64,000 bases of DNA from Planctomycetota bacterium. GTDB taxonomy: Bacteria; Planctomycetota; UBA8742; UBA2392. Each line of letters begins with the position of its first letter. Position 1 is the stretch's first letter. Shown in pieces: positions 18,488-28,198 of this stretch. Made by a program: the position numbers and the translations under genes. A model generated the notes under the pieces. The model ran no database searches. It had not been told where the DNA came from and worked only from the letters and a program-made list of their open reading frames with translations. Location of the stretch: positions 777,088 to 841,087 of the forward strand of contig JABTUE010000002.1 in NCBI GenBank assembly GCA_015075515.1, written 5' to 3'.

Positions 18488-19806
18488 TGCTCAGCAGCCA
18501 GGAAGATCCCGTCAAAGCCCGCATCATCGAGGCCGAACTGGCCCTCGAGACCGTCTCGGGCTTTCTGGAACTTTCGCCGGCCGACCTTGTGCCCGGCACG
18601 CGCAGCCAGGCCGAGGCCTTTGTGGCCAACGCGCCGGTGCTGTGGGGATACGAACGCGACACCGAGCGCCTGTTTCTGTGCCTGGACATCGCCGTTTCGG
18701 CCATCCAGGCCGACCCGACTTTCGGGGGCGGTTACGCCCTGGCAGCGGCGTGCATCTACCGCATGGGCGTGCGCGACGTGGATATTTACGACCCGCGCGC
18801 GCTGATTGCGTCCATCCCGTGGGCCAACCGCGCGATCGTGGTTGACCCCGACAATCACGTGGGGTGGGAAACCTACATCGAGATCCACTGTTTCAAGGGC
18901 GACTTCAAAACCGCCGAAAGCGCCCTGGGCAAGGTATTCAGCAAATTCGGCGACAACGACCTGTACGCGCGCTGCGCGTTTCTGTACTTCCGGCTGCAGG
19001 GTGATGTCACCCAGGCCAAGAACTGGGGCGCTCTGGCCTGGCAGACCGAATGGGACAGCACGCGGCTGGTGCACACGCTGTTTTCACTGGGCCAGTTGCA
19101 CCGCGACACCAACGAATGGGCCAAGGCACTGGACTGCTACCGTGTGATCACGGAAAAGCAGCACGACAACGCCTGGGCCTATCACTACTGGGCGATGTGC
19201 CTGGCCAATATGGGCGACCCGGCCAACGCCCTGGAGATCAACCAGAAGGCCGTGCAACTGGGCCAGTTGCACGAGTTCCGCACCTACCAGGAAGAACTGC
19301 GGCGCATGGCCGGACGCGCCAAATTGGGCGCGGGCCGGATCACGAACCTGCCGCCGGCGCGCATGCCCACGGGCAACACGAGCCGCATCCAGGCGCCCGT
19401 GGCGCGCAACGGGGCCAGCGGCAACACCTCGCGCATGGGCGCCCTGCCCGGCAGTAACTCGACCACCGGTTCGGGCCGGATTGTGCCCGCGCCGCCGGCC
19501 GCCGGTTCCAACCGCATGCTGCCGCCCCAGCCCGGGTCAAGTTCCACCACGGGTTCAGGCCGCGTGATGCCCGCGCCGCCACCGGCCCAGCCGGCCAAAG
19601 TGGCGCCGGCGCCACCGCCGGCCGCGGCGCCGGTGGTTCCGGCGCCGCCCCCGGCCCAGCCGCCCAAGGTTGCCCCGGCGCCGCCGCCGGCCAGGGCCAC
19701 GCCGTTGCCCGGCGCGGGTGAAAGCCACCGTTCCGAACGCCAGCAGGAATTCCCGCGGCGCCAGACACGCAAGCTGATGAAACCCAAAAAGCCGCCGCAG
19801 CCGTAG
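18487..19806 (+). CDS. TPR-repeat protein with proline-rich repetitive C-terminal tail
   Basis: 439 aa. TPR-like helices, then repeats (TTGSGRI/VxPAPP; PAPPPAQPxKVAPAPPPA). Translationally coupled to the upstream ORF. Confidence 0.55.
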   Translation: MLSSQEDPVKARIIEAELALETVSGFLELSPADLVPGTRSQAEAFVANAPVLWGYERDTERLFLCLDIAVSAIQADPTFGGGYALAAACIYRMGVRDVDIYDPRALIASIPWANRAIVVDPDNHVGWETYIEIHCFKGDFKTAESALGKVFSKFGDNDLYARCAFLYFRLQGDVTQAKNWGALAWQTEWDSTRLVHTLFSLGQLHRDTNEWAKALDCYRVITEKQHDNAWAYHYWAMCLANMGDPANALEINQKAVQLGQLHEFRTYQEELRRMAGRAKLGAGRITNLPPARMPTGNTSRIQAPVARNGASGNTSRMGALPGSNSTTGSGRIVPAPPAAGSNRMLPPQPGSSSTTGSGRVMPAPPPAQPAKVAPAPPPAAAPVVPAPPPAQPPKVAPAPPPARATPLPGAGESHRSERQQEFPRRQTRKLMKPKKPPQP

Positions 19807-19807
19807 T

Positions 19808-20806
19808 TCACGCGCGGGCGCGTTCGCGGCCTACTTCGCGGTACGATTCCAGACACAGCTCGGCCAGCCGGCCGGGGTGGTGGCGCACCACGCTGTCGGC
19901 ATACACCAGATCGGCGCACAGCACGCGCGGGCCGCCCGGCAGGGCGTTCAGCGCGTCCATGTCGGCCACGACCGGCGCCGCGCCCTCGGCCGCATAGGCG
20001 GCCTCCAGCCGCGGCGGCACCTTGCCGGTGTTGACCACGACAAAATCAATCAATCCCGGCGCGGTGTGGTCAATCACCACCTGCGCGTGACGGCCGGCGG
20101 TGAAACCCTGGGTCTCTCCGGGCTGGGTCATGATGTTGCAGATGTAGCCCACCACGGCTTCGGTGCGTTCCAGGGCGGCGCGGATGTCGCGGATCAGCAG
20201 GTTGGGCAGAACACTGGTGTACAGACTGCCGGGGCCCAGCAGCACCAGATCGGCGCTTTCAATGGCCTCCACCACATCGGCGCCGGCGGGCGCGTCCTCG
20301 GGCCGAAGCCCCAGCCGCACCACCGGCTTGGTTACCTTGCCCACCAGTGTCTCGCCCGTGGTCTTGGTGCCGTCGGCGTGTTCAGCCACCAGCGAAACCT
20401 TGGCCGTGGTGGCGGGCAGAACCCGGCCGCGCACGCTCAGAATCGCGTTGGCTTCGCGCACCGCGGCATCGAAACTGCCGGTCACGCGGGTAAGCGCGGC
20501 CAGAAAGATGTTGCCAAAGGGGTGGCCCTTGAAGTCACCCTCTTCAAACCGGTACTGAAACAGTTTTTCCAGCGCGGCGCCGCCGTCGCTCATGGCCGCC
20601 AGGCAGTTGCGGATGTCGCCCGGCGGCAGCATGCCGAATTCCTTGCGGAACCGGCCCGAACTGCCGCCGTCGTCGGCCACGGTAACCACGGCCGTCAGCT
20701 TGTCGGTGTGTTCCTTGAGCCCGCGCAAAAGCCCGGACGCCCCGGTGCCGCCGCCAATGGCGACCACGGCGGGTGAACGGCGGAACAGGCGCGGAAAGAT
20801 CGCCAT
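19808..20806 (-). CDS. YvcK/UPF0052 (CofD-like) gluconeogenesis-factor family protein
   Basis: 332 aa. Conserved N-terminal AIGGGTGASGLLRGLK motif and …VVTVADDGGSSGRFR…. Confidence 0.8.
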   Translation of the reverse strand: MAIFPRLFRRSPAVVAIGGGTGASGLLRGLKEHTDKLTAVVTVADDGGSSGRFRKEFGMLPPGDIRNCLAAMSDGGAALEKLFQYRFEEGDFKGHPFGNIFLAALTRVTGSFDAAVREANAILSVRGRVLPATTAKVSLVAEHADGTKTTGETLVGKVTKPVVRLGLRPEDAPAGADVVEAIESADLVLLGPGSLYTSVLPNLLIRDIRAALERTEAVVGYICNIMTQPGETQGFTAGRHAQVVIDHTAPGLIDFVVVNTGKVPPRLEAAYAAEGAAPVVADMDALNALPGGPRVLCADLVYADSVVRHHPGRLAELCLESYREVGRERARA

Positions 20807-20811
20807 GCGGG

Positions 20812-21207
20812 CTACTCGTTCTTGGCGTCCTCGTACGAGGTTTCATCCACACGCGGCAGGCGCTGGGTCAGGCGCTTGACGTCACGTCCCAGCTTTTTGC
20901 GCCTGTCCGCGCCCTTGTGGCCCTTGAGCTTTTCTTTCACCTTCTTGAGCTGCGCCTGAATCTTGTCCAGGCACAGGTCCACGGCGGCGTGCATGTCATC
21001 CTGGTTGTGGACCACGGCCGAAAGCTGGTGGTGCGAATCCGTGTGGACGTTGATTTCGCAAACGTTGTCCATGCCGTCCTTGTTCAGCAGCACCTGGATG
21101 CGGTCAATCCGGTCAAAGTAGCGGTCCAGACGCTCGATCTTGGACTCGGCGTATTCCTTCATCGTGGGCGTGACCTTGACGTGCTTGGCGGTAATCGTGA
21201 TGCGCAC
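20812..21207 (-). CDS. hpf: ribosome hibernation promoting factor / sigma-54 modulation protein
   Basis: 131 aa. RaiA/HPF fold (MRITITAKHVKVTPTMKEYAESKIERL…). Confidence 0.85.
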   Translation of the reverse strand: MRITITAKHVKVTPTMKEYAESKIERLDRYFDRIDRIQVLLNKDGMDNVCEINVHTDSHHQLSAVVHNQDDMHAAVDLCLDKIQAQLKKVKEKLKGHKGADRRKKLGRDVKRLTQRLPRVDETSYEDAKNE

Positions 21208-21217
21208 CGTGCTCTCC

Positions 21218-22021
21218 TTATATGCCCTGCTCCAGGCGGTCGGCGTTGTAGTCGTCCAGTTCCTTCATGGACCGGATCTTTTTGGCCGTTGACGCCACAT
21301 CATATTCAACGCGCCGCCAGATGAACTTCTTTTCGTCCCAGATCACATAGCACGCCCGCGTGTCGCGGTCGCGCGGCTGGCCCACGCTGCCCACGTTCAG
21401 AATGTACTTCTTGCCCTTTTCGGGCTTGAACTCGAAGTTCAGGTCCTTTTCCGTCTGGTAGCTGAAATCCTGCCCGATCACGCACGGAATATGCGTGTGC
21501 CCGACCAGACACAGCGTGTCAAAGGCCCCGAAGATCTCTTCCATCTTCTTCTGGGCCATCGGGTCACCCTGGTTGGCCGCCGCGGCGTCGTGGCGCAGAA
21601 TGTACTCGGTGGTCGGCTCGCGCGGGCTGCCGTGCACCATCAGCGCGCCGTCTTCGCGGTGCGTGAGCTTGAGCGACTTCAGAAAACTCATGCGCTTCTT
21701 GTTCTTGAACCCGAACAGCCCGCCCTGCAAGGCCCGCTTGGTCCAGCGGATCGCCGTCAGCGCCCGGTAGTTGAAGCCCACGGGCTCAAAGATCACGGCC
21801 TCGTCGTGGTTGCCCATCAGGTTGACGCGAAAGTCCATGGCCGCGTCAATGATCTCGACCGGTTCGGGCCCGTAGCCCACCAGATCGCCCAGGCTCAAAA
21901 TGTCCGTGATGCCGTGCGACTTGATGTCTTTGGCCACGGCCTCCCAGGCGGCAAGGTTGGCATGGATGTCAGAGACGATGGCTTTCACACGCAACCTTTG
22001 CGGCCGTTTATGGTTGCGCAA
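21218..22021 (-). CDS. calcineurin-like metallophosphoesterase
   Basis: 267 aa. Phosphoesterase motifs DIHAN, GDLVGYG, GNHD and GHTH. Confidence 0.75.
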   Translation of the reverse strand: MRNHKRPQRLRVKAIVSDIHANLAAWEAVAKDIKSHGITDILSLGDLVGYGPEPVEIIDAAMDFRVNLMGNHDEAVIFEPVGFNYRALTAIRWTKRALQGGLFGFKNKKRMSFLKSLKLTHREDGALMVHGSPREPTTEYILRHDAAAANQGDPMAQKKMEEIFGAFDTLCLVGHTHIPCVIGQDFSYQTEKDLNFEFKPEKGKKYILNVGSVGQPRDRDTRACYVIWDEKKFIWRRVEYDVASTAKKIRSMKELDDYNADRLEQGI

Positions 22022-22045
22022 GCCTAGGGGCCGAAAATCGGCCCT

Positions 22046-22924
22046 TCAAGTGCTATCGCCCCCAAACGGCTCCGGCGGGTAGTCTACTGAAACCAGCGTC
22101 AGGCCGTGAGGGGGCAAATTGGCCCCCGCGTCGCGCCGATCCCGCCCCGCCAGCAGGGCTGTGACCCAGGTCGGGGGCTGTTTGCCCAGCCCGATTTCAA
22201 GCAGCGTTCCGGCCATCGCCCGCACCATGCCGCGCAGAAACCCGTCACCACGCACGTCAAGATCAAGCAGGTTGCCGCGCTGGTTCAGCCGCGCGTCAAA
22301 AATCGTGCGCGTGGTGCCCTGGGGGCGCGGTTTGCGCCAGGGCGGCGGGTTAAAATCCCCGTGCGCCACGGCGGCCGGGCCGTACAGGTCGGCGGTGGTG
22401 TCGGACGCGTCCTCGTCGTCGGGCGGGGTCTGGGGGTCCTGTTCGGGGTTGGTGCGAAAGCAGGCAAAGTCGCGCGTGCCCGCCAGCAGCGCCGCGGCTT
22501 CGCGCATGGCGTCAATGTCAAGCGCGCGGGGCACCATGTACGCGCGATCGGCCAGCATCGGGCTGCGCGTGCGGCTGAGGTAAAAACGATAGCGATAATG
22601 CTTGCTGCGCGCGTCAAACCGCGCGTGAAAGCGCGGGTCAACCTCGCGGGCGCGGCGTACAACACAATCCTGCGGCAGCCGGACATTGAGCGCCGGCACC
22701 AGTTCCTCGCAGCGAAGGCGCGAATCCATGTCCACATGCGCGGGCATGGCCAGGGCATGCACGCCCCGGTCGGTGCGGCCGGCGCCGTGCACGTCGGCCC
22801 GGTGGCCGACCAGATCGGCAATCGCGGCCTCCAGCGTGGCCTGCACGCTGCGGGCAGAGCCCTGGCGCTGCCAGCCGAAGAAGGCCTGTCCGTGGTACTC
22901 GACCTCAAGCAGAATGCGCCGCAT
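22046..22924 (-). CDS. truA: tRNA pseudouridine(38-40) synthase TruA
   Basis: Begins MRRILLEVEYHGQAFFGWQRQ (the ORF track starts 12 codons earlier, at 22960). Catalytic-Asp region HGAGRTDRGVHA. Carries an acidic, Pro-rich insertion (EQDPQTPPDDEDASDTTADLYGPAAVAHGDFNPPPW). Confidence 0.85.
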   Translation of the reverse strand: MRRILLEVEYHGQAFFGWQRQGSARSVQATLEAAIADLVGHRADVHGAGRTDRGVHALAMPAHVDMDSRLRCEELVPALNVRLPQDCVVRRAREVDPRFHARFDARSKHYRYRFYLSRTRSPMLADRAYMVPRALDIDAMREAAALLAGTRDFACFRTNPEQDPQTPPDDEDASDTTADLYGPAAVAHGDFNPPPWRKPRPQGTTRTIFDARLNQRGNLLDLDVRGDGFLRGMVRAMAGTLLEIGLGKQPPTWVTALLAGRDRRDAGANLPPHGLTLVSVDYPPEPFGGDST

Positions 22925-23243
22925 GGGCCAAAGGTTCGTGATTCTGCGCCACCAGGTCAACGGGGGTGAGCACTTTGACCTGATGCTGGAGCCCGACGAC
23001 GGCGGGCCGTTGCGGACGTTTCAGCTCGCGCGCTGGCCGCTGGCGGCGGGCGAAACCTGCGCCGCGCCAGAACTGCCGCCCCACCGCCGCGACTACCTGG
23101 ATTACGAGGGCCCCGTCAGCGGCAACCGTGGTCACGTCACGCGCATCACCGCCGGAACCTGGCAGGCCGAAAACGGCGACATCGTGCTGAGCACCGGCGC
23201 GCGCCTGCGGCCCGGGCCCGACGGCATGACCCGTCTGGCCTGA
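22923..23243 (+). CDS. standalone DNA ligase D 3'-phosphoesterase (PE) domain-like protein
   Basis: 106 aa. Matches the LigD-PE pattern (FVILRHQ…GEHFDLMLE…GPLRTFQLARWP…PPHRRDYLDYEG). Its ATG overlaps the truA start on the opposite strand, so its reality is uncertain. Confidence 0.45.
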   Translation: MGQRFVILRHQVNGGEHFDLMLEPDDGGPLRTFQLARWPLAAGETCAAPELPPHRRDYLDYEGPVSGNRGHVTRITAGTWQAENGDIVLSTGARLRPGPDGMTRLA

Positions 23244-23299
23244 ACACCAAAAACACAGACCCCCGCGTGAAGCGGGGGTCCGGAACACGCCTGTTGTTG

Positions 23300-26200
23300 C
23301 TACTTGCGGCGGCGACGCCAGACCGCCAGCGCCACCAGCACAAGTCCCAGCGGGGCCGCCGTGACCGCGCCGGCCGCGCAGCCACCGCCGCCACGGGCGC
23401 CGCCGGCCTGCTTGCCCAGAACCGTGCCGCCGATGGCGATGGACAGTTGCTTGTCGTCCGTGCCGCCGGTGCTGTCGGTGACACGGAACGTCATGGTGAA
23501 TACGCCCACCGTGCCCGACGGCACGCCGTCCAGTTGGCCGCCGGCCGACAGTGTCAGGCCGCGCGGCAGGTTCGAGTTATACAGCGACCAGGTGTACGGC
23601 CCCACGCCCTGGGCCGCCGTGAGCATCGTGACGGGGTAGGCCTTGCCCAGATCGCCGTTGGGCAGAGAGGTGGTGGTGACGGTAACACCCGTGGGCGATG
23701 TGCCGCGCCCACGGAACGGAATGATGTACGGCGAGGTCTGGCTGGCGTCGTTGTGGGTCAGCTCAATGTGCATGTCCTTGAGGCCGACACTGGACGGGTC
23801 AAAGCTGACCGTGAACTGTGTGGACGAACCGGCCGGAACCGTCGGCGTGTAGCCGGCCGTGCCGACGGTGAAGTGCGCGGCGTCAGGCCCGGCCAGCACG
23901 GGCTGGCTGAGGTTGAGATCCTGGGTGCCGGGGTTACGGATCACAATCGTCAGCGGCGCGCTGGGTCCGGCGGCGGTGTCAATGCTGCCGAAATCGCGCC
24001 CGCCGCCGCTTTGGGCCGCCAGACCGCTGGGAACCAGCGGGCCGGTGGTCGTGCCCTCGCGGACTTCAATGTACGGGGCATCCGGCACGCCGTTGCCGGT
24101 AACGTTCAGCCGGAACGGCGTGGCCGTGCCCACGCCGTTGTGCGTGAACACGACCTGGGCGGTCTTGGTGCCCAGCGAAGTCGGGCTGAAGCTGATGGTG
24201 AAGGTGCGGCTGGCGCCCACGGCAATGGAACCGGCAAAGCCCGTGGTGTTGAGCGTGAACTCGCTGGTGGAAGGCAGCAGCGACGGCGTGCCCACGGTCA
24301 GCGCCACGGTGCCGGTGTTGGCCACATAGATCGTGGCCGTGTTGCCGGGGCCCGCGCCCACGGCCCGGTTGCCGAAGTTCAGAATGCCGTTGGCCGGCGC
24401 CGGGTTGGCCAGCACCGCGCCCGAGGCGTTGGTTTCACGCACTTCAATCACCGCAAAGGTGGTGACGCCGTTGCCCGTCACCAGAATCAGAAACGGCGAC
24501 GTCTGGGCCGAATCGTTGTGCGTGATGCTGATTTCGGCGTCCTTCTGGCCCACGCTGGTGGGGTCAAAGGCCACGGTAAAGCTGGTGTTGCCGCCGGCCT
24601 GCACGTTGGTGCTGTAGCCGGTTGTGTTCAGGACAAAATCGCCGGGGTTGGCGCCGCCCAGTGTGGGCATGCCCAGTGTCAACGCCTGGCCGCCCGGGTT
24701 GTTGATCACAATCGTCAGCGGCGGCGTGGTCGGCCCGGCCGAAACCGACTGGTTGCCGAAATCGCGCGCGGTGCCCGCGGCCGGGCTGTTGTGGGCAATC
24801 ACGGTGCCGGTGGTGGAGCCGATGCGGGCTTCAAAGGCCGGCACGGTGGCCAGACCGTTGCCCAGCACCGGAATGTCAAACGGAGTCGGGCCGCCCTGCT
24901 TGCTGTTGGGAATGCGCACCAGCGCGTCCTTGACGCCGGTGCTGGTGGGCGCAAAGCGCACGGTGAAGCTGGTGGTCTGGCCCTGCGGCAGGCTGAGCAC
25001 AAAACCCGTGGTGTCCAGCGTAAACTGGTTCCACCAGGTGCCGCCCATGCTGGGCACCTGCAGGGTCAGTGTGCCGGGGCCGGGGTTGCTGATCACAATC
25101 GTCAGCGGCGGCGACTGCGAACCCACCAGCACACTGCCGAAGTCACGGCCGGTGCCCGCCGCCGGCTGCTGGTGCGCGATCGTCGGCCCGGTGGCCGAAC
25201 CCTCATAGGCGTCCAGACTGCCCGTGCCGGGGCTCATGGCCTCGCCGCGCAAGTTGATGATAAACGTCTGCCCGGCAATGCCGCCGGCGTTGTGGGGTAT
25301 GTTGATGCTGGCGGTCTTGACGCCCGGCGTGCCGGTTGTGCCGACGAAGAACTGTATCGTGAACGTCGTCGTCCCCCCCGGCGGCAGCGGGTTGGTCAGA
25401 CTGCCGGCCTGGATATAGAAGTCGTTGGGGTTTGCGCCGGTCTTGGTGAAGGTGCCGAAGGTGCAGTTGGTCGAGCCGTTGTTGGTAAGGGCAATTGTCA
25501 GCGGGTTGCTCTGCACGCCCATCGTCACCTGGCCGAAGTCGCGCAGACCGCCCACGGCCTGGTTGTTGGTGATCGGGGTGCCGCCGGCGCCGCCCTCGCG
25601 CACTTCAAGGTCCGGGCCGGGTTCGAAGATTTCAAAGTCGTCAATGCTCCAGCCCACGTGCGGGTTGGCGTTCGTCGGGCCAATGCCGAAACGAACCTGC
25701 ACCGTCGCGCTGCCGGCGGCCACGGACGTGATGTCGTACTGGAACGGCTGCCAGGAAGTATCGCTGATCGTGGTCTGGCTGGTGCCGCCGGTGCTGGACC
25801 ACAGCGTGGTCCAGGTGGTGCCGTTGTTGGTCACCTGAATCTGGGCCGTGCTGCCGATCGCGCAGCCCAGCCAGCGCTGGAACCGCAGCCGCACCGTGGA
25901 CAGCGTGGTGCAGTTCACCATCGGTGAAATCGCCCAGTAGGTCGTGCCCAGGTTCAGCGGGTAGTCGCCGCCGCGCGTGTCGCCCAGAATCATGTTATCG
26001 GTGCTGGATGTCGTGGCGTCGGTCGTGGGCTCGCTGCGCGTGGGTGAACTGGCCGAATAGGCCACGCACACGCCGCGCGACCAGGTGGTGCCGGGCTGCC
26101 AGCCCTTGTCGGTGCTGAAGGTGTCCAGAAACGGCGCCGCCGCCGGGGGCGGAACGACGGTTAACTGGAACTGTTTGCTGGCGTTTTTGACCGGCGAACT

Positions 26201-26968
26201 GCTGTCCGAAACGTTGACCGTAAACGTGTATGTGCCGGTCTGGGTGGGCGTGCCGCTGAGTACCAGCTCGTTGTTGCTCTGGCTGGCCGAAATGCCCGGC
26301 GGCAGGCCGGAAATCGCGGTGTTCCAGTTGTACGGCAGCGTGCCGTTGGTGGCCTGGATCGTCTTGTTGTAGGCCGAACTCTGGGCCGCCGTGGGCAGGG
26401 GCGACTCGGTCGAGATCGCAAAGCCCAGGTTGACCAGGTAGTCCTCGTTTTCGCCGTAGTAGTACGAGCCCGTCGGGTCATGCGGGCCGGAGGTTCCGTA
26501 CACGCACATGATGCGCAGGCGCCGCACGCCGCCCACACCCGCCGGCGGCGTAAAGTTGATGGTGCCGGTGCCGCCGGCGCTGATCTGGCCGGTGTAGCCC
26601 AGCAGTTCGCCCGCGTCGGCGAAGTCGCCGTCGTTGTTGTAGTCAATCCAGGCACCCAGGTATTCGGGCCACGAGGGTGTAATCGTGCCCTCGATCGTGA
26701 CCTGCACGCCCGGCACAAGGTTGGCCGCCGGAACGGAGCTGTAGAAAATGTTGTAGGGCGACGCCGACGGGCCGGTGTTCAGATTGCTCAACACCGTGGT
26801 GCCGCTTTGCTTGATCACCACACTGTTGAGGTAATCGTTGTCCGTCGTGCCGTAGGCAAACGTCGCGTTGCCGTACCCGCCCATCGGGGGTGACTGGGCC
26901 GCCAACGCGCCACCGCACAGGGCCAGCACCAGGGCAAGCCCCAGGCCCTTCCGCACCAGATTGAACAT
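23300..26968 (-). CDS. large secreted repeat protein (GEVED domain, cadherin-like Ig domains, 5 ASH/choice-of-anchor-D repeats, MYXO-CTERM-like sorting tail)
   Basis: ATG at 26968 with a GGAG Shine-Dalgarno; the ORF track starts earlier, at 27094. Signal peptide (LALVLALCGGALAAQ). YGENEDY motif. Five ~110-aa repeats, each containing RDFG. C-terminus GGGGCAAGAVTAAPLGLVLVALAVWRRRRK. Confidence 0.8.
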   Translation of the reverse strand: MFNLVRKGLGLALVLALCGGALAAQSPPMGGYGNATFAYGTTDNDYLNSVVIKQSGTTVLSNLNTGPSASPYNIFYSSVPAANLVPGVQVTIEGTITPSWPEYLGAWIDYNNDGDFADAGELLGYTGQISAGGTGTINFTPPAGVGGVRRLRIMCVYGTSGPHDPTGSYYYGENEDYLVNLGFAISTESPLPTAAQSSAYNKTIQATNGTLPYNWNTAISGLPPGISASQSNNELVLSGTPTQTGTYTFTVNVSDSSSPVKNASKQFQLTVVPPPAAAPFLDTFSTDKGWQPGTTWSRGVCVAYSASSPTRSEPTTDATTSSTDNMILGDTRGGDYPLNLGTTYWAISPMVNCTTLSTVRLRFQRWLGCAIGSTAQIQVTNNGTTWTTLWSSTGGTSQTTISDTSWQPFQYDITSVAAGSATVQVRFGIGPTNANPHVGWSIDDFEIFEPGPDLEVREGGAGGTPITNNQAVGGLRDFGQVTMGVQSNPLTIALTNNGSTNCTFGTFTKTGANPNDFYIQAGSLTNPLPPGGTTTFTIQFFVGTTGTPGVKTASINIPHNAGGIAGQTFIINLRGEAMSPGTGSLDAYEGSATGPTIAHQQPAAGTGRDFGSVLVGSQSPPLTIVISNPGPGTLTLQVPSMGGTWWNQFTLDTTGFVLSLPQGQTTSFTVRFAPTSTGVKDALVRIPNSKQGGPTPFDIPVLGNGLATVPAFEARIGSTTGTVIAHNSPAAGTARDFGNQSVSAGPTTPPLTIVINNPGGQALTLGMPTLGGANPGDFVLNTTGYSTNVQAGGNTSFTVAFDPTSVGQKDAEISITHNDSAQTSPFLILVTGNGVTTFAVIEVRETNASGAVLANPAPANGILNFGNRAVGAGPGNTATIYVANTGTVALTVGTPSLLPSTSEFTLNTTGFAGSIAVGASRTFTISFSPTSLGTKTAQVVFTHNGVGTATPFRLNVTGNGVPDAPYIEVREGTTTGPLVPSGLAAQSGGGRDFGSIDTAAGPSAPLTIVIRNPGTQDLNLSQPVLAGPDAAHFTVGTAGYTPTVPAGSSTQFTVSFDPSSVGLKDMHIELTHNDASQTSPYIIPFRGRGTSPTGVTVTTTSLPNGDLGKAYPVTMLTAAQGVGPYTWSLYNSNLPRGLTLSAGGQLDGVPSGTVGVFTMTFRVTDSTGGTDDKQLSIAIGGTVLGKQAGGARGGGGCAAGAVTAAPLGLVLVALAVWRRRRK

Positions 26969-27106
26969 CGTTTTCTCCGCACCGCCCGCCTCGCGCGGGC
27001 AACCCCACCCTTGATTCTGCCGGGGCCAAGCGGGCGAGTTTACGCGGACTCGCCCGCTTCCCACTGCCTCGGCAATCTTCAGACCGGCCCCCAAGAACCG
27101 ACCTGT

Positions 27107-27907
27107 CTAGCTGGTCACGGGTTCCCGAAACTCGGCCGGCAGTTCATCCAGCGTGCGGGCATGGGCCCACAGGCTGTTGAACAGCAGGCGCATGTTTTCG
27201 GCCAGACCACGGTTCGGCACCACGAGTCCCATCGTGGAGCCGTCACTTTCGGCAAGCTCGATCATGGCCGTGGCGCGGTCAATCACCACAAACCGCAACG
27301 GCACATGGTCCACAAACCGGATCACGCCGGTTTCCTCGGCGTTGCGCACCAGCGCCGCCCCGTGCACCGGGTCGCGCAGCAGGCGCGTCTCGATCAGATA
27401 GCGCAGGTTAACCCCGCGCTTGAGCATGCGCTGATCCGTCGCCGTGTCCGGGGCAATCACCAGTGGCGCCTTCACCGCCACCAGAAACTCGCTTTGGGAG
27501 CCCTCCTGGGCCTCCTCAAACACACTGCTGATCTGGCGCGCGCGCACCAGACGGATGCCCAGACTGCCCGGATCATCACTGGGCGCGTCCGGGGCCGTGT
27601 CGGCCAGTTCGGTCATGGCCGACTGCGACTCCGCCAGCGAAGCCTCCACCTGCCGCCGGTAGTTCTCAAAGGCCTGTTGTGGCGGCAGACCACGGTACAA
27701 CTTGACATCGCCCAGCACCTGTTCGGCAAAGCCGCGCTCGATCAGGCTGTTCAGGGCGCCATACACCTTGCTCTGGGGTACGCCGCTTTTGCGCACCACA
27801 CGGCTGGCCGGCGCGCGGGTTTCCCCCAGCAGCGCCAGATAGACCTGGGCCTCATAGCCCGACAGGCCCATTTTCTTGAGTTTCTGAATCCACTGTTCCC
27901 GGTTCAC
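27107..27907 (-). CDS. TrmB family transcriptional regulator
   Basis: 266 aa. N-terminal TrmB HTH (LGLSGYEAQVYLALLGETRAPASRVVRKSGVPQSKVYGALNSLIERGF). Located directly upstream of the large secreted protein on the same strand. Confidence 0.7.
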   Translation of the reverse strand: MNREQWIQKLKKMGLSGYEAQVYLALLGETRAPASRVVRKSGVPQSKVYGALNSLIERGFAEQVLGDVKLYRGLPPQQAFENYRRQVEASLAESQSAMTELADTAPDAPSDDPGSLGIRLVRARQISSVFEEAQEGSQSEFLVAVKAPLVIAPDTATDQRMLKRGVNLRYLIETRLLRDPVHGAALVRNAEETGVIRFVDHVPLRFVVIDRATAMIELAESDGSTMGLVVPNRGLAENMRLLFNSLWAHARTLDELPAEFREPVTS

Positions 27908-28198
27908 GAAGTATCTCCGACGCGAAGAAACTGAAGTCCGAGCGGTTTACGTAGTCGCCCGGAACCCGTTAATCTCACGCCGAAAGTCACTCGTTGAGGG
28001 GCTTGCGCGCGCCCTCCTGGGGCGCAAACGGCATGCCGTCATCGCGCGCGTGCGCGGGGATGCACAGTTTGAATAATTGGCGCATGAACTGGACTCCGCA
28101 CTTCCGTTCTTCGCCCTGGTGCGGCCGCCACCTTACAACGCGCGAAAGTAAGTCAATCAAAAACGCTTGTTACTTTCTTCCCTGCCTCATAAGTATAA

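Noticed and set aside
23267-25927. 886-aa plus-strand ORF (plus several shorter ones) inside the large secreted-protein gene
   Set aside because: It is the antisense frame of a well-supported 1222-aa repeat protein. It is an Arg/Gly/Ala-rich low-complexity product.
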